Assembly: GCA_963693105.1 (NCBI GenBank)
Contig: OY843752.1
Coordinates: forward strand, 613,789-677,788
Length of the DNA stretch: 64,000 bases
From: an uncultured candidatus Porisulfidus sp.
Lineage (GTDB): Bacteria; Pseudomonadota; Gammaproteobacteria; Poriferisulfidales; Oxydemutatoraceae
Direction of reading: 5' to 3'
In this document: positions 9,415 to 19,610 of the stretch, in pieces
How the letters are laid out: each line of letters opens with the position of its first letter
Position numbering within the stretch: the stretch's first letter is position 1
Notes under the pieces: model-generated
Databases searched by the model: none
The model's input: the letters and a program-made list of their open reading frames with translations, nothing else
What the model was told of the DNA's origin: nothing
Made by a program: the position numbers and the translations under genes

Positions 9415-9893
9415 CGGCCCCTTTTTTTGCGGCTTCCCGCTTCATAGGCAATCTGCCGTGCCAGTTCCATAAACAACTCCCGGATGACCGGCGACTTGAT
9501 TCTCCTGAACGTCCGGAGCAAATCCTCGGTGAGGAGGTTCTCAAGCTGGAGGGCGGAGACGGTACGCGGTTCGTAGTTCTCCTCCGGTTCCGTCACAACG
9601 GTGATATCCGGTTGCAACTCCCGTCGCTGCAAGCCGGCGAAGAACCACTGCAACGGCGTGTTCGTCGAAAACGCAATCAGAAAGAGCTGCGAAGCACGGA
9701 TGTTGTTGACGCCGTTCTCAAAATAGGAAATCTGCTGGCCGCCGACCCCGAGAATCCGGCCAAAATCGGCAAGCGCTTTTCCATGGTAGCTGCGCAGACA
9801 CTTGATTTGCTGCCCGATGTGGTGGTTGACCTTGCGCTGAACCGCGGAATTGGCCGGCTTCTTATATTTGTTTTTTTTGATTGTGATAGACAA
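9411..9893 (-). CDS. XRE-family HTH transcriptional regulator (probable TTG start; N-terminus uncertain)
   Basis: IGQQIKCLRSYHGKALADFGRILGVGGQQISYFENGVNNIRASQLFLIAFSTNTPLQW is a classic Cro/C1 HTH; no in-frame ATG upstream of the domain, so a TTG at 9891-9893 is the first plausible start. Confidence 0.45.
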   Translation of the reverse strand: MSITIKKNKYKKPANSAVQRKVNHHIGQQIKCLRSYHGKALADFGRILGVGGQQISYFENGVNNIRASQLFLIAFSTNTPLQWFFAGLQRRELQPDITVVTEPEENYEPRTVSALQLENLLTEDLLRTFRRIKSPVIRELFMELARQIAYEAGSRKKRGR

Positions 9894-12033
9894 TGTCGTC
9901 CTCCTTTTTTTGTTTGAGTAGTTGTTTTTTCTTGTGGTAAAGATGGTCCGCGAAAGACGCGGCCAGACCGGTGCGCCGCAGCAGCGGTATCGCCGGACGG
10001 GCGAAAGGCAGCAACGGCAACAACGCCCACGAACCATTGCGCGGCGAAGCCCGCCAGGCCAGCGATCTTTTGAAGCATTCGCCGGCTTCGCTGAAGCGTT
10101 CCAGCGCAATCATCTGCAGGCCCGCCAGGCGCCACAAGTCTCCCATCACCCGGCGGCGGATTTTTTTCGGAATGTGTCTGCGCGCACCGAACCGCTCAAG
10201 ACAGTCCTCGCGGATATGCGCCCATCTTTGCAGGTAGTCGTCGTACCTGCGGTGGAGGCGCTCGACGGCGTCTCCGTCGGTGAAGGTGACCGTGCATCGC
10301 GGCACATACAGCCATTCGCCGAGATGGGCGAGGCGCGTGAAAAGTTCGCTGTCGTGGCCGGTTGGCAGGGTTTCGTTGAAGCCGCCGAGTTCCCTGACGA
10401 AGCCGGCGCGAAACAACGTGCATGAAGCGATGCCGGCGCCTTCGGTGAAAAACCATTGCCACGGGTTTTCGGGCAGTTCGCTCTGGTCTATGAATTCCTC
10501 CGCCTGTCGCACGCCATCGGGCGCTGCAAGCGCGTAGCGTATCAGGCGGTCGGTGCTGGCCGCCACCGCGCGCGGCGCGGCGGCGAGCGCGGCGGAGGTT
10601 TTTTCGAGAAAAGACGGCGGCGGGGAATCATCGGAGTCGAGAAAATAAACCAATTCGCAGTCACCGGCTTGTGAGAAGCCATGGTTTCTCGCGGCTGCCG
10701 CTCCCCGGTTGAAGTCGTGCACCAGCAGCCGCGTCTCGAAGGGGCGCTCCGTTTGTTGCCGCCACCGGCGGACTTCTTCGGGCGTGCCGTCGTCTGAGCC
10801 ATCGTCCACGACGACGACCCGGTGAGGCGGTTGCGTCTGGGCGCCGATCCGGTCGAGCACCCGCCGAATCAGGCCGGCGCGGTTGAAGACGGGGACAATG
10901 ACGGCGATTTTCATGCGATCATCGGAGTGCGGTTGAGTCCGGCGGGCGCTTTTTTCCGCCGTTTGCCGCGGCAGTTCATCATTACGCTGTATCGCGGAAT
11001 CGGGCGTCGGCAATTTTTCGGTTTTTTGTTTGAGCAGCCGCTTTTTCTTGTGGCTGAAATGGTCCGCAAAAGTCGCGACCAGGCCGGTGCGCCGCAGCAG
11101 CGGCATGGCCGGGCGGGCCAGAGGCAGCAGTGCCAGCAGCGCCCACGAGCGGTTGCGCGGCGAGGTCCGCCAGGCCAGCGACCTTCTGAAACATTCGCCG
11201 GCCTCGCCGAAACGCTCCAGCGCAATCATCTGCAGGCCCGCCAGACACCAGGAATGTCCCATGATTTTGCAGCGGAGTTTTTTCGGGACATGCGCGCGTG
11301 CGCCGAAATGTTCAAGGCAGTCCTCGCGGACGCGGGCCCAGTCCCGCAGGTAGGCGTCGTGTCCGTGGTAGAGGTGCTTGTCGGCGTCTCCGCCGGTCAT
11401 GGTCACCGTGCATTGCGGCACATGCAGCCATTCGCCGAGATGGGCGAGGCGCGTGAAAAGTTCGCTGTCGTCGCAGGTCGGCAACGTCTCGTTGAAGCCG
11501 CCGAGTTCCCTGACGAAGCCGGCGCGAAACAACGTGCATGAAGCGATGCCGGCGCCTTCGGTGAAAAACCATTGCCACGGGTTTTCGGGCAGTTCGCTCT
11601 GGTCTATGAATTCCTCCGCCTGTCGCACGCCATCGGGCGCTGCAAGCGCGTAGCGTATCAGGCGGTCGGTGCTGGCCGCCACCGCGCGCGGCGCGGCGGC
11701 GAGCGCGGCGGAGGTTTTTTCGAGAAAAGACGGCGGCGGGCAATCATCGGAGTCGAGAAAATAAACCAATTCGCAGTCATCGGCTTGCGAAAGGCCGTGG
11801 TTCCTCGCGGCCGGCGGCCCCCGGTTGAAGTCGTGCACCAGCAGCTGCGTCTCGAAAGGGCGCTTTGTTTGTTGCCGCCACCGGCGGACTTCTTCGGGCG
11901 TACCGTCGTCTGAGCCATCGTCCACGACGACGACCCGGTGGGGCGGTTGCGTCTGGGCGCCGACATGGTCGAGCACCCGGTGAATCAGACCGGCGCGGTT
12001 GAAAACGGGGATAATGATGGCGATTTCTGGCAT
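9862..12033 (-). CDS. fused tandem-duplicated family 2 glycosyltransferase (two near-identical GT2 modules in one 723-aa ORF)
   Basis: both halves start M(P/K)IA(I/V)I(I/V)PVFNRAGLI…VVVVDDGSDDGT…LDSDD; the second module begins at Met encoded at 10915-10913 after a short linker; no stop between the modules. Confidence 0.7.
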   Translation of the reverse strand: MPEIAIIIPVFNRAGLIHRVLDHVGAQTQPPHRVVVVDDGSDDGTPEEVRRWRQQTKRPFETQLLVHDFNRGPPAARNHGLSQADDCELVYFLDSDDCPPPSFLEKTSAALAAAPRAVAASTDRLIRYALAAPDGVRQAEEFIDQSELPENPWQWFFTEGAGIASCTLFRAGFVRELGGFNETLPTCDDSELFTRLAHLGEWLHVPQCTVTMTGGDADKHLYHGHDAYLRDWARVREDCLEHFGARAHVPKKLRCKIMGHSWCLAGLQMIALERFGEAGECFRRSLAWRTSPRNRSWALLALLPLARPAMPLLRRTGLVATFADHFSHKKKRLLKQKTEKLPTPDSAIQRNDELPRQTAEKSARRTQPHSDDRMKIAVIVPVFNRAGLIRRVLDRIGAQTQPPHRVVVVDDGSDDGTPEEVRRWRQQTERPFETRLLVHDFNRGAAAARNHGFSQAGDCELVYFLDSDDSPPPSFLEKTSAALAAAPRAVAASTDRLIRYALAAPDGVRQAEEFIDQSELPENPWQWFFTEGAGIASCTLFRAGFVRELGGFNETLPTGHDSELFTRLAHLGEWLYVPRCTVTFTDGDAVERLHRRYDDYLQRWAHIREDCLERFGARRHIPKKIRRRVMGDLWRLAGLQMIALERFSEAGECFKRSLAWRASPRNGSWALLPLLPFARPAIPLLRRTGLAASFADHLYHKKKQLLKQKKEDDIVYHNQKKQI
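9862..12033. repeat. direct tandem duplication, about 1.1 kb per unit (about 9862-10915 and 10916-12033)
   Basis: the two GT2 modules are about 85-90% identical at protein level (by eye); six-frame shadow ORFs repeat with the same period. Confidence 0.7.
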
Positions 12034-12087
12034 GGATGCCTGGCAATAAAGCGATAATTCTACTTGATTTTCTGGAGGGTGGGCGGA

Positions 12088-12118
12088 TTGTTGACTAAAA
12101 TAGTCAGGTATAATATAT
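12088..12118 (+). promoter_or_regulatory. iscR promoter with IscR-type palindrome TTGACTAAAATAGTCAG overlapping -35 (TTGACT) and a -10 like TATATT
   Basis: perfect inverted repeat GACTAAAATAGTC 25-45 nt upstream of the iscR ATG; resembles type-1 IscR autoregulatory sites. Confidence 0.45.
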
Positions 12119-12140
12119 TACACCACAGCGAGGAGATGCC

Positions 12141-12638
12141 ATGAGATTGACGACCAAAGGACGCTATGCGGTCACGGCGATGACTGATTTGGCGCTGCAC
12201 CAGCATGAAAACGGCGGGCGACCGGTGTCGTTGTCCGACATCGCCGAACGACAGAGCATTCCGGCCGCTTATCTGGGGCGCCTGTTTGTCGGCTTGCGCA
12301 ATCACGGCCTGGTGGAGAGCCAGCGCGGGCCGGGTGGCGGTTACCGGCTGGCGAGAACCGCCGGCGAGATTTCAGTCGCCGATATGATTGCGGCCGTGGA
12401 CGAGAGAACGGACAACACCCGCTGCCGCGGACAAGTCAACTGCCAGGACAACCACAAGTGCCTGACCCACGTGCTGTGGAGTGATCTGAGCCGCCGCATC
12501 CAGAATGTGCTGTCCGATATCTGTTTGTCGGATGTCGTCTCCGATGCGCAGGTGCTCGCGGTGGCCGAGAGGCAGGACGCGATGGCGAAGAATCGCGGTG
12601 CAGCCGCCGCGGTGCAGTGGCACGAACAACCCTGCTGA
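12141..12638 (+). CDS. iscR: Fe-S cluster assembly transcriptional regulator IscR (Rrf2 family)
   Basis: [18 protein letters not shown]… Rrf2 HTH and Cys ligands (C…C…C) present. Confidence 0.9.
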   Translation: MRLTTKGRYAVTAMTDLALHQHENGGRPVSLSDIAERQSIPAAYLGRLFVGLRNHGLVESQRGPGGGYRLARTAGEISVADMIAAVDERTDNTRCRGQVNCQDNHKCLTHVLWSDLSRRIQNVLSDICLSDVVSDAQVLAVAERQDAMAKNRGAAAAVQWHEQPC

Positions 12639-12666
12639 CAGAACAGCACGGCAACAGGAACAAGCA

Positions 12667-13893
12667 ATGGCAAACGAAGTGAAATTACCGATTTATCTCG
12701 ACTACAGCGCGACCACGCCGGTGGACGAGCGCGTCGCCGGGAAGATGATGCGCTACATGAAAATGGGCGATGTTTTCGGCAACCCGGCATCGCGCAGCCA
12801 CTCGTTCGGGTGGCAGAGCGAGAAAGCCGTGGACGAGGCGCGCCAACAGGTCGCGGCGCTGGTGAACGCCGACCCGCGCGAGATCGTCTGGACCAGCGGC
12901 GCGACCGAGTCGGACAATCTGGCGATCAAGGGTGCGGCGCATTTTTACGGCAAGCGGGGCAAGCACGTCGTCACCGTCAAGACCGAGCACAAAGCGGTGC
13001 TCGACACCTGCCGCCAACTTGAAAAGGAAGGGTTCGAGGTGACCTATCTGGAGCCGCAGGACAACGGCCTGCTCGACCTGGACGCCGTATCGCAGGCGTT
13101 GCGCGACGACACCACGGTGCTGTCGGTGATGCACGTCAACAACGAAATCGGCGTGATTCAGGATTTGACCGCGCTTGGAGAGATTGCGCGTGAAAAAGGC
13201 GTCATCTTCCACGTGGACGCGGCGCAGAGCGCCGGCAAGGTGCCGATTGATTTGCAGCGGTTGCCGGTTGACCTGATGAGTTTCTCGGCGCACAAGATTT
13301 ACGGCCCCAAGGGCATCGGCGCGCTCTATGTCCGGCGCAAGCCGCGTGTGCGCGTCGAGGCGCAGATGCACGGCGGCGGCCACGAGCGCGGCATGCGCTC
13401 GGGCACGTTGGCGACGCACCAGATTGTCGGCATGGGCGAGGCTTTTGACATCGCCTCGAAGGAAATAGCGAACGAAAACGAGCGCATTCTTTCGCTCAGG
13501 AACCGCCTGTGGGAAGGCCTGAACCAGCTGGAGGAGGTCTATTGCAACGGCGACCTCGAACAGCGCGTCGCCGGCAATCTCAACGCCAGTTTCAATTTTG
13601 TCGAGGGTGAATCGCTGATTATGTCGCTGAAGAATATCGCGGTGTCGAGCGGTTCGGCCTGCACTTCCGCGTCGCTGGAGCCGAGTTATGTGCTGCGCGC
13701 GCTGGGACGCAACGATGAACTGGCGCACAGCTCGATTCGTTTTTCCATCGGCCGTTACACGACGGCGGCGGAAGTGGATTACACTGTGGACCTGGTCAAG
13801 GAGTCGGTCATCCGGCTGCGTGAATTGTCGCCTTTGTGGGAGATGTACCAAGATGGCGTGGACCTCGAAAAAGTCGAATGGGCTACCCATTGA
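12667..13893 (+). CDS. iscS: cysteine desulfurase IscS
   Basis: [20 protein letters not shown]…[16 protein letters not shown]…SSGSACTS motifs; the ORF in the track (12505) extends upstream of the true start. Confidence 0.9.
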   Translation: MANEVKLPIYLDYSATTPVDERVAGKMMRYMKMGDVFGNPASRSHSFGWQSEKAVDEARQQVAALVNADPREIVWTSGATESDNLAIKGAAHFYGKRGKHVVTVKTEHKAVLDTCRQLEKEGFEVTYLEPQDNGLLDLDAVSQALRDDTTVLSVMHVNNEIGVIQDLTALGEIAREKGVIFHVDAAQSAGKVPIDLQRLPVDLMSFSAHKIYGPKGIGALYVRRKPRVRVEAQMHGGGHERGMRSGTLATHQIVGMGEAFDIASKEIANENERILSLRNRLWEGLNQLEEVYCNGDLEQRVAGNLNASFNFVEGESLIMSLKNIAVSSGSACTSASLEPSYVLRALGRNDELAHSSIRFSIGRYTTAAEVDYTVDLVKESVIRLRELSPLWEMYQDGVDLEKVEWATH

Positions 13894-13925
13894 CAACAAA
13901 AACCGGTATGGAGGAAAACTGAAAA

Positions 13926-14315
13926 ATGTCATACGGAAAAAAAGTTCTGGATCACTATGAGAATCCAAGGAATGTCGGCTCGCTCGACAAGGACGCCCCG
14001 AACGTCGGCACCGGCATGGTCGGTGCGCCGGCCTGCGGCGACGTCATGAAACTGCAAATCAAGGTGAACGACGACGGCGTCATCGAGGACGCCAGGTTCA
14101 AGACCTACGGTTGCGGTTCGGCCATCGCCTCTTCGAGTCTTCTGACCGAATGGGTGCGCGGTAAAACGCTGGACGAAGCGAGCAAAATCAAGAACATCGA
14201 GATTGTCGAGGAGCTGTCGCTGCCGCCGGTCAAGATTCATTGCTCGGTGCTGGCCGAGGACGCGATCAAGGCCGCAATCAAGGATTACAACGACAAGCAG
14301 TCCGGCGCCGGGTAA
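13926..14315 (+). CDS. iscU: Fe-S cluster scaffold IscU
   Basis: …[15 protein letters not shown]…[11 protein letters not shown]…LPPVKIHCS… invariant IscU motifs. Confidence 0.95.
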   Translation: MSYGKKVLDHYENPRNVGSLDKDAPNVGTGMVGAPACGDVMKLQIKVNDDGVIEDARFKTYGCGSAIASSSLLTEWVRGKTLDEASKIKNIEIVEELSLPPVKIHCSVLAEDAIKAAIKDYNDKQSGAG

Positions 14316-14323
14316 CCTCGCAG

Positions 14324-14647
14324 ATGGCCATTACCCTGACGTCCGCGGCTGCCGGCCGTGTGAAGAATTTTCTCAGGCAGCGCGGACGCGGCATCGGCGT
14401 GCGCCTCGGCGTCAAGACGACGGGCTGCTCCGGCCTGGCCTACACCATCGAGTACGCCGACCAGGTTGACGTGGACGACCAGGTGTTCGAGGACCAGGGC
14501 GTGAAGGTCCTGGTGGACGCCGCCAGTCTTGTTTATCTGGAAGGCACCGAAGTGGATTTCGGCAGAGAAGGGCTGAACGAAGGCTTTCAATTCAACAACC
14601 CCAACGAAAAAGACCGCTGCGGCTGCGGAGAAAGTTTCTCCATCTGA
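14324..14647 (+). CDS. iscA: Fe-S cluster insertion protein IscA
   Basis: …[11 protein letters not shown]… and C-terminal CGCGESFSI. Confidence 0.9.
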   Translation: MAITLTSAAAGRVKNFLRQRGRGIGVRLGVKTTGCSGLAYTIEYADQVDVDDQVFEDQGVKVLVDAASLVYLEGTEVDFGREGLNEGFQFNNPNEKDRCGCGESFSI

Positions 14648-14708
14648 TTCACGGTTTTGTGCCTTGCGCCTGCGCCGGAAGTCTCCGGCGGCGGCGCGGA
14701 GTGAAAAG

Positions 14709-15257
14709 ATGCCTTCGCGGGACCAGCAGAGTTATTTTGAATTGTTCGATCTCCCGCCCGGCTTTTCGATAGACCCGGTCGCGGTCGAAAAAAAATACCG
14801 CAAATTGCAGGCGCTGCTGCATCCGGACCGCTACGCGGCGTCCGGCGAACAACAAAAACGCATCGCCATGCGTCACTCGGCGCTGATCAACGAGGCCTAC
14901 GGCGTGCTGACGGACGACTGCGCCAGAGCCGGTCATCTGTTGCAACTGCAAGGCATGGAGCTGAACGAAGAAACCGACACCACCAACGACGCCGGCTTTC
15001 TGGCCGAGCAGATGGAGTTCAGGGAGTGCTTGCAGCAACTGGATGAGCAGGCGGACCGGCGGGCGGCGGCGGCGCAAGCCGGGCAGTTGTCGGCGCAGGT
15101 GGCCGAGCGCGCCGCGCAAGTCCGCGACGGTTTCAGCCGGGCCTGGCGCCACGGCGACTTCGAGGCGGCGCGGGAGTGGCTTTTGAAGATGAAATTCATC
15201 AGCAGGCTGGATGCCGGAATCAAGGCCGCCACCGCGGAATTCCAGACGGAGAACTGA
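14709..15257 (+). CDS. hscB: co-chaperone HscB
   Basis: J-domain with HPD (…LLHPDRY…) and C-terminal helical domain. Confidence 0.85.
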   Translation: MPSRDQQSYFELFDLPPGFSIDPVAVEKKYRKLQALLHPDRYAASGEQQKRIAMRHSALINEAYGVLTDDCARAGHLLQLQGMELNEETDTTNDAGFLAEQMEFRECLQQLDEQADRRAAAAQAGQLSAQVAERAAQVRDGFSRAWRHGDFEAAREWLLKMKFISRLDAGIKAATAEFQTEN

Positions 15258-15258
15258 C

Positions 15259-17124
15259 TTGACCTTGCTGCAAATCACCGAGCCCGGGCAGCCGGCGGCG
15301 CGCGAACGCCGCCGCGCGGTCGGCATGGATCTGGGCACGACCAACTCGCTGGTCGCGGTGGTGCGAAACGGGCTGCCTGAAACGCTGTCCGGCGCGGTGC
15401 CGTCGCTGGTGCATTACCGTGCCGGCGACGCGCCGCTGGTCGGCGATGCCGCGCAGGATGCGTCGCTCGAAGACCCCGCCAACACGGTGGTTTCGGTCAA
15501 GCGCCTGATGGGCCGCGGCGGCGCCGATCTCGGCCACCTGCCGGACTGGTTCGGCTATCAATTGAACTGCGACAACCCCGGGGTGCCCAGGCTGCAAACC
15601 GCGGCGGGCGACAAGAGCGCGGTCGAGGTGTCGGCCGACATCCTGCGCGTTCTCAGGCACCGCGCCGAGCAGGCGCTCGGCGGCGGGCTCGACGGCGTTG
15701 TCATCACGGTGCCCGCCTATTTTGACGATGCCCAGCGCCAGGCCACGAAGGACGCGGCGCGCCTCGCCGGGCTGAACGTGTACCGCCTGATCAACGAGCC
15801 GACGGCGGCGGCGGTCGCCTACGGCCTCGACCACGGCGCCGACGACGAGTTGATTGTCGTGTTTGATCTCGGCGGCGGCACTTTCGACGTGTCCGTCCTG
15901 CGGCTCGACAAGGGCGTGCTGCGCGTTCTCGCGACCGGCGGCGACAGTCTGCTGGGTGGAGACGACCTCGACCGCGCGCTCGCCGATTATCTGGCCGGGC
16001 AGGCGCCGCCGTCGTCGTTTGAGCGCACGCCGCACACGTTGCGCTACCTGCTGGCCGCGGCGCGGCGCGCGAAGGAGGCGCTGAGCGGGTCGGATGCCGT
16101 CGAGTGCCTGCTGTCTCCGCCCGGTTGCGGCGATTGGCGCGTGAACCTGTCGCGCGCGCAGTTCGAACAACTCGCGGCGCCGCTGGTGGACACGGCGGTG
16201 GCCGTGTGCCGCCGCGTGCTGCACGACGCCGATGTGCGGCCCGCGCAGGTGCAAAACATTGTCCTGGTCGGCGGCTCGACGCGAATTCCGCTGGTGCGCG
16301 CGCGCGTCGGGGAGTTTTTTGGCCGCGAGCTGCTGACGGACATTGACCCCGACGAGGTGGTCGCGCTGGGCGCGGCCGTCCAGGCCGACACGCTGGCCGG
16401 CAACCGCGCCGACGGCGATGAAATGCTGCTGCTCGACGTCGTGCCGCTGTCGCTCGGCATCGAAATCATGGGCGGTCTGGCCGAGAAGATTATTCCGCGC
16501 AACAGCGTCATCCCGACCGCCAAAGCGCAGGAGTTCACGACCGGCAGGGACGGCCAGACCGGTTTGTCGGTGCATGTCGTCCAGGGCGAGCGGCCGCTGG
16601 TGTCCGATTGCCGCTCGCTCGCAAAATTCGAGTTGAAGGGCATTGCGCCGCGCAAGGCGGGCGCGGCCAGAATTGAAGTCACGTTCCGCGTGGACGCCGA
16701 CGGCCTGCTGTCGGTCGAGGCCGAAGAGCCGGCCTCCGGTGTGCGCACCGTGGTCGAGGTCAAGCCGTCCTACGGCCTTGCCGACGGCGAGGTCGAGCGG
16801 ATGATACTCGATTCCGCCGCGCACGCCGGCGAGGATATGCAACTGCGCAAACTGCGCGAGCAGCAGGTCGAGGGCGCGAGGGTGGTCGAGGCGCTTGCGG
16901 CGGCGCTCGCCGAGGACGGCGACACGCTGCTGGACGAGTCCGAGCGCGCGCCGATACTCGACGCCAGGCGGCGGCTTGAAAGCGAAATCGAGCGCGGCGA
17001 CGCCGATTCGATACACACCGCGATCGGGCATCTGGAAACGTGCAGTGAAACCTACGTGGCGCGGCGCATGAACCTCGGCATCCGCAAGGCCCTTGCCGGA
17101 CACGACACCGGCGAGTTCGAGTAG
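15259..17124 (+). CDS. hscA: Fe-S assembly chaperone HscA (Hsp70 family); probable TTG start 2 nt after hscB stop
   Basis: [10 protein letters not shown]… then [10 protein letters not shown]…, matching E. coli HscA N-terminus MALLQISEPG; Hsp70 ATPase and substrate-binding domains present. Confidence 0.85.
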   Translation: MTLLQITEPGQPAARERRRAVGMDLGTTNSLVAVVRNGLPETLSGAVPSLVHYRAGDAPLVGDAAQDASLEDPANTVVSVKRLMGRGGADLGHLPDWFGYQLNCDNPGVPRLQTAAGDKSAVEVSADILRVLRHRAEQALGGGLDGVVITVPAYFDDAQRQATKDAARLAGLNVYRLINEPTAAAVAYGLDHGADDELIVVFDLGGGTFDVSVLRLDKGVLRVLATGGDSLLGGDDLDRALADYLAGQAPPSSFERTPHTLRYLLAAARRAKEALSGSDAVECLLSPPGCGDWRVNLSRAQFEQLAAPLVDTAVAVCRRVLHDADVRPAQVQNIVLVGGSTRIPLVRARVGEFFGRELLTDIDPDEVVALGAAVQADTLAGNRADGDEMLLLDVVPLSLGIEIMGGLAEKIIPRNSVIPTAKAQEFTTGRDGQTGLSVHVVQGERPLVSDCRSLAKFELKGIAPRKAGAARIEVTFRVDADGLLSVEAEEPASGVRTVVEVKPSYGLADGEVERMILDSAAHAGEDMQLRKLREQQVEGARVVEALAAALAEDGDTLLDESERAPILDARRRLESEIERGDADSIHTAIGHLETCSETYVARRMNLGIRKALAGHDTGEFE

Positions 17125-17137
17125 GCTTCGGGACGTC

Positions 17138-17476
17138 ATGGCGAAGATTACTTTTCTGCCGCATTCCACAATCTGTCCGCAGGGCAAGACGGTGGAGGCC
17201 GAGGCCGGTGTCAGCATCTGCGACGCGGCGCTCGCCGCCGGCGTCGAAATCGAACACGCCTGCGAGAAGTCGTGCGCCTGCACGACCTGCCACGTTCATG
17301 TGCGGCAGGGCTACGATTCACTGGAGGAGCCCTCGGAGAACGAGGAAGACTACCTCGACAAGGCGTGGGGGCTGGATCCCGACTCCAGACTAAGCTGCCA
17401 GGCGAAAGTGGCGGATGAGGACCTTGTTGTCGAGATTCCGAAGTACACTATCAACCTGGTTTCCGAATCTCACTGA
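17138..17476 (+). CDS. fdx: [2Fe-2S] ferredoxin Fdx of the isc operon
   Basis: MAKITFLPH…[12 protein letters not shown]… adrenodoxin-type motif. Confidence 0.9.
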   Translation: MAKITFLPHSTICPQGKTVEAEAGVSICDAALAAGVEIEHACEKSCACTTCHVHVRQGYDSLEEPSENEEDYLDKAWGLDPDSRLSCQAKVADEDLVVEIPKYTINLVSESH

Positions 17477-17490
17477 CAGGGGGACAATGC

Positions 17491-17691
17491 ATGAGTTTGA
17501 AATGGACCGACAGTCTGGAAGTCGCGCTCGCGCTCGACGCCGCGCATCCGGATGTGGATCCGCGTTATATCCGTTTTACCGATTTGCATGCCTGGGTTTG
17601 CGAACTGGAGGATTTTGACGACGAACCGCAACAATCCGGCGAGAAGATACTCGAAGCAATCCAGATGGCATGGATGGAGGAAAAGGAATGA
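17491..17691 (+). CDS. iscX: IscX (YfhJ)
   Basis: 66 aa [15 protein letters not shown]… acidic protein typical of IscX. Confidence 0.85.
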   Translation: MSLKWTDSLEVALALDAAHPDVDPRYIRFTDLHAWVCELEDFDDEPQQSGEKILEAIQMAWMEEKE

Positions 17692-18116
17692 CGGAGCGCA
17701 CCTTGTCCATCCTGAAGCCGGACGCGGTTTCCAAAAACCTGATTGGCGAAATCAACTCGCGTTTCGAGCGCGGCGGCCTGTGCATCGTGGCGATGAAAAT
17801 GCTGCACCTGACGCGCCGCCAGGCCGAGAAGTTTTATGCGATTCACCGCGAGCGCCCCTTTTTCGGCGCCCTGGTCTCGTTCATGAGCTCCGGGCCGGTG
17901 GTGGTTCAGGTGCTGGAAGGCGAGGACGCGATTCGCCTGAACCGGCAACTGATGGGCGACACCGACCCGGCGGAGGCGGCGCCCGGCACCGTGCGCGCCG
18001 ATTTTGCCTCGACCATTGATGAAAACGCCGTCCACGGCTCCGACTCGCCCGAAACCGCCGAGGCCGAGATTGCCTTTTTCTTCGAACCGGACGAGATTTG
18101 CGAGCGCGTGCGCTGA
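17688..18116 (+). CDS. ndk: nucleoside diphosphate kinase
   Basis: [14 protein letters not shown]…NAVHGSDS active-site His motif; ATGA overlap with iscX. Confidence 0.9.
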   Translation: MTERTLSILKPDAVSKNLIGEINSRFERGGLCIVAMKMLHLTRRQAEKFYAIHRERPFFGALVSFMSSGPVVVQVLEGEDAIRLNRQLMGDTDPAEAAPGTVRADFASTIDENAVHGSDSPETAEAEIAFFFEPDEICERVR

Positions 18117-18167
18117 CGGGCAATCGCATATCAATCCCGCTATACTTTCCAAATAAGGAGCACTGTC

Positions 18168-19610
18168 ATGGCAAAAGCACTCGATCTCGCAAAGGAAAAC
18201 CTGCTCGAATCCGCAGGACTGGATGAAAACAACATCGGCAGCGTTTTGTCGTCGCTGATGGCGCCCGGCATGGACGATGCCGAGTTGTATTTCCAGCACA
18301 GCCGCAGCGAGTCCTGGTCGCTTGAAGACGGCATCGTCAAGGAAGCCGGTTTCAACGTCGGGCGCGGCGTCGGTGTGCGCGCGGTTTCCGGCGAAAAAAC
18401 CGGCTTTGCCTATTCCGACGAAATCCTGTTGCCGGCGCTGATGGACGCGGGTGCGGCGGCGCGCGCCATCGTCCAGTCCGGCGGCAGCGGACAAATGCAG
18501 GCGTGGCGCAAATCCGGGGGCCGCGATCTCTATCCGGAGGACGACCCGGCGGTTTCGATGGACGCGCCGGAAAAAGTCGCGTTGCTGCGCGCGATGGACG
18601 AGGCCGGGCGCCGCGCCGATCCGCGCGTCAAGCAGGTCATGGTCTCGCTCGTCGGCACGCACGATGTGGTGCTGGTAGCCGCCGCCGACGGCACGTTCAC
18701 GGCCGATGTCCGCCCGCTGGTGCGTCTCAACGCCACCGTCGTCGCCGAGGACGGTGACCTGAAGGAGCGCGGCGTGTCCGGCGCCGGCGGACGCTACGAT
18801 TACCGAACGCTGCTCGACCGGCACGACCCGCGCGAACTGGTCGAGGAAGCCGTGCGTTACGCGCTGCTGAACCTGGAGGCGGTGCCGGCGCCCGCCGGCG
18901 AGATGGTGGTCGTGCTCGGCCCGGGCTGGCCCGGCGTGTTGCTGCACGAGGCCATCGGCCACGGCCTGGAGGGTGATTTCTGCCGCAAGGGCACGTCGGC
19001 TTTCAGCAACCGCATCGGCGAACGCGTCGCCGCCGCCGAAGTGACCGTCGTTGACGACGGCACGCTGCCCGGCCGCCGCGGCTCGCTCAACGTGGACGAC
19101 GAGGGCGTGCCGACGCAATGCACCACGCTGATTGAAAACGGCGTGCTCAAGGGCTACATACAGGACAAACTGAACGCGCGCCTGATGGGCACGGCGCCGA
19201 CCGGCAACGGCCGCCGCCAGTCGTACGCGCACCTGCCGATGCCGCGCATGACCAACACCTACATGCTGCCCGGGCGGCACGACCCCGAGGAGATCATCCG
19301 GTCGGTGGATCGCGGGATTTACGCGGCCAATTTCGGCGGCGGCCAGGTCGATATCACGTCGGGCAAGTTTGTGTTTTCGGCGTGTGAGGCCTACCGGATT
19401 GAGAAGGGAAAAATTACGCTGCCGGTCAAGGGCGTGTCGCTGGTCGGCAACGGCCCGGATGTGCTGACCCGCGTTTCGATGGTCGGCAACGACCTGGCGC
19501 TCGACGACGGCATCGGCACGTGCGGCAAGCACGGGCAAATGGTTCCGGTCGGCGTCGGCCAGCCGACGATGCGCGTGGACGGCCTGACGGTCGGGGGCAC
19601 CGGCTCTTGA
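18168..19610 (+). CDS. tldD: metalloprotease TldD
   Basis: 480 aa PmbA_TldD family with HEAIGHGLE zinc motif. Confidence 0.9.
   Translation: MAKALDLAKENLLESAGLDENNIGSVLSSLMAPGMDDAELYFQHSRSESWSLEDGIVKEAGFNVGRGVGVRAVSGEKTGFAYSDEILLPALMDAGAAARAIVQSGGSGQMQAWRKSGGRDLYPEDDPAVSMDAPEKVALLRAMDEAGRRADPRVKQVMVSLVGTHDVVLVAAADGTFTADVRPLVRLNATVVAEDGDLKERGVSGAGGRYDYRTLLDRHDPRELVEEAVRYALLNLEAVPAPAGEMVVVLGPGWPGVLLHEAIGHGLEGDFCRKGTSAFSNRIGERVAAAEVTVVDDGTLPGRRGSLNVDDEGVPTQCTTLIENGVLKGYIQDKLNARLMGTAPTGNGRRQSYAHLPMPRMTNTYMLPGRHDPEEIIRSVDRGIYAANFGGGQVDITSGKFVFSACEAYRIEKGKITLPVKGVSLVGNGPDVLTRVSMVGNDLALDDGIGTCGKHGQMVPVGVGQPTMRVDGLTVGGTGS

Noticed and set aside
9922-11541. Plus-strand ORFs 9922-10425 and 10822-11541 as a pair of duplicated genes
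   Set aside because: They are antisense shadows of the duplicated GT2 modules, which carry clear glycosyltransferase motifs on the minus strand.
12505-12666. N-terminal extensions of track ORFs for iscS (12505), iscA (14240), hscB (14664), hscA (15211), fdx (17093), ndk (17670), pmbA (19520), mpl (22185), nqrB (29526), nqrF (37125), gspF/H/I/J/K
   Set aside because: Homology to well-known orthologues begins at internal Met/Val/Leu codons that also give tight or overlapping junctions with the upstream gene. The extensions overlap upstream genes in other frames.
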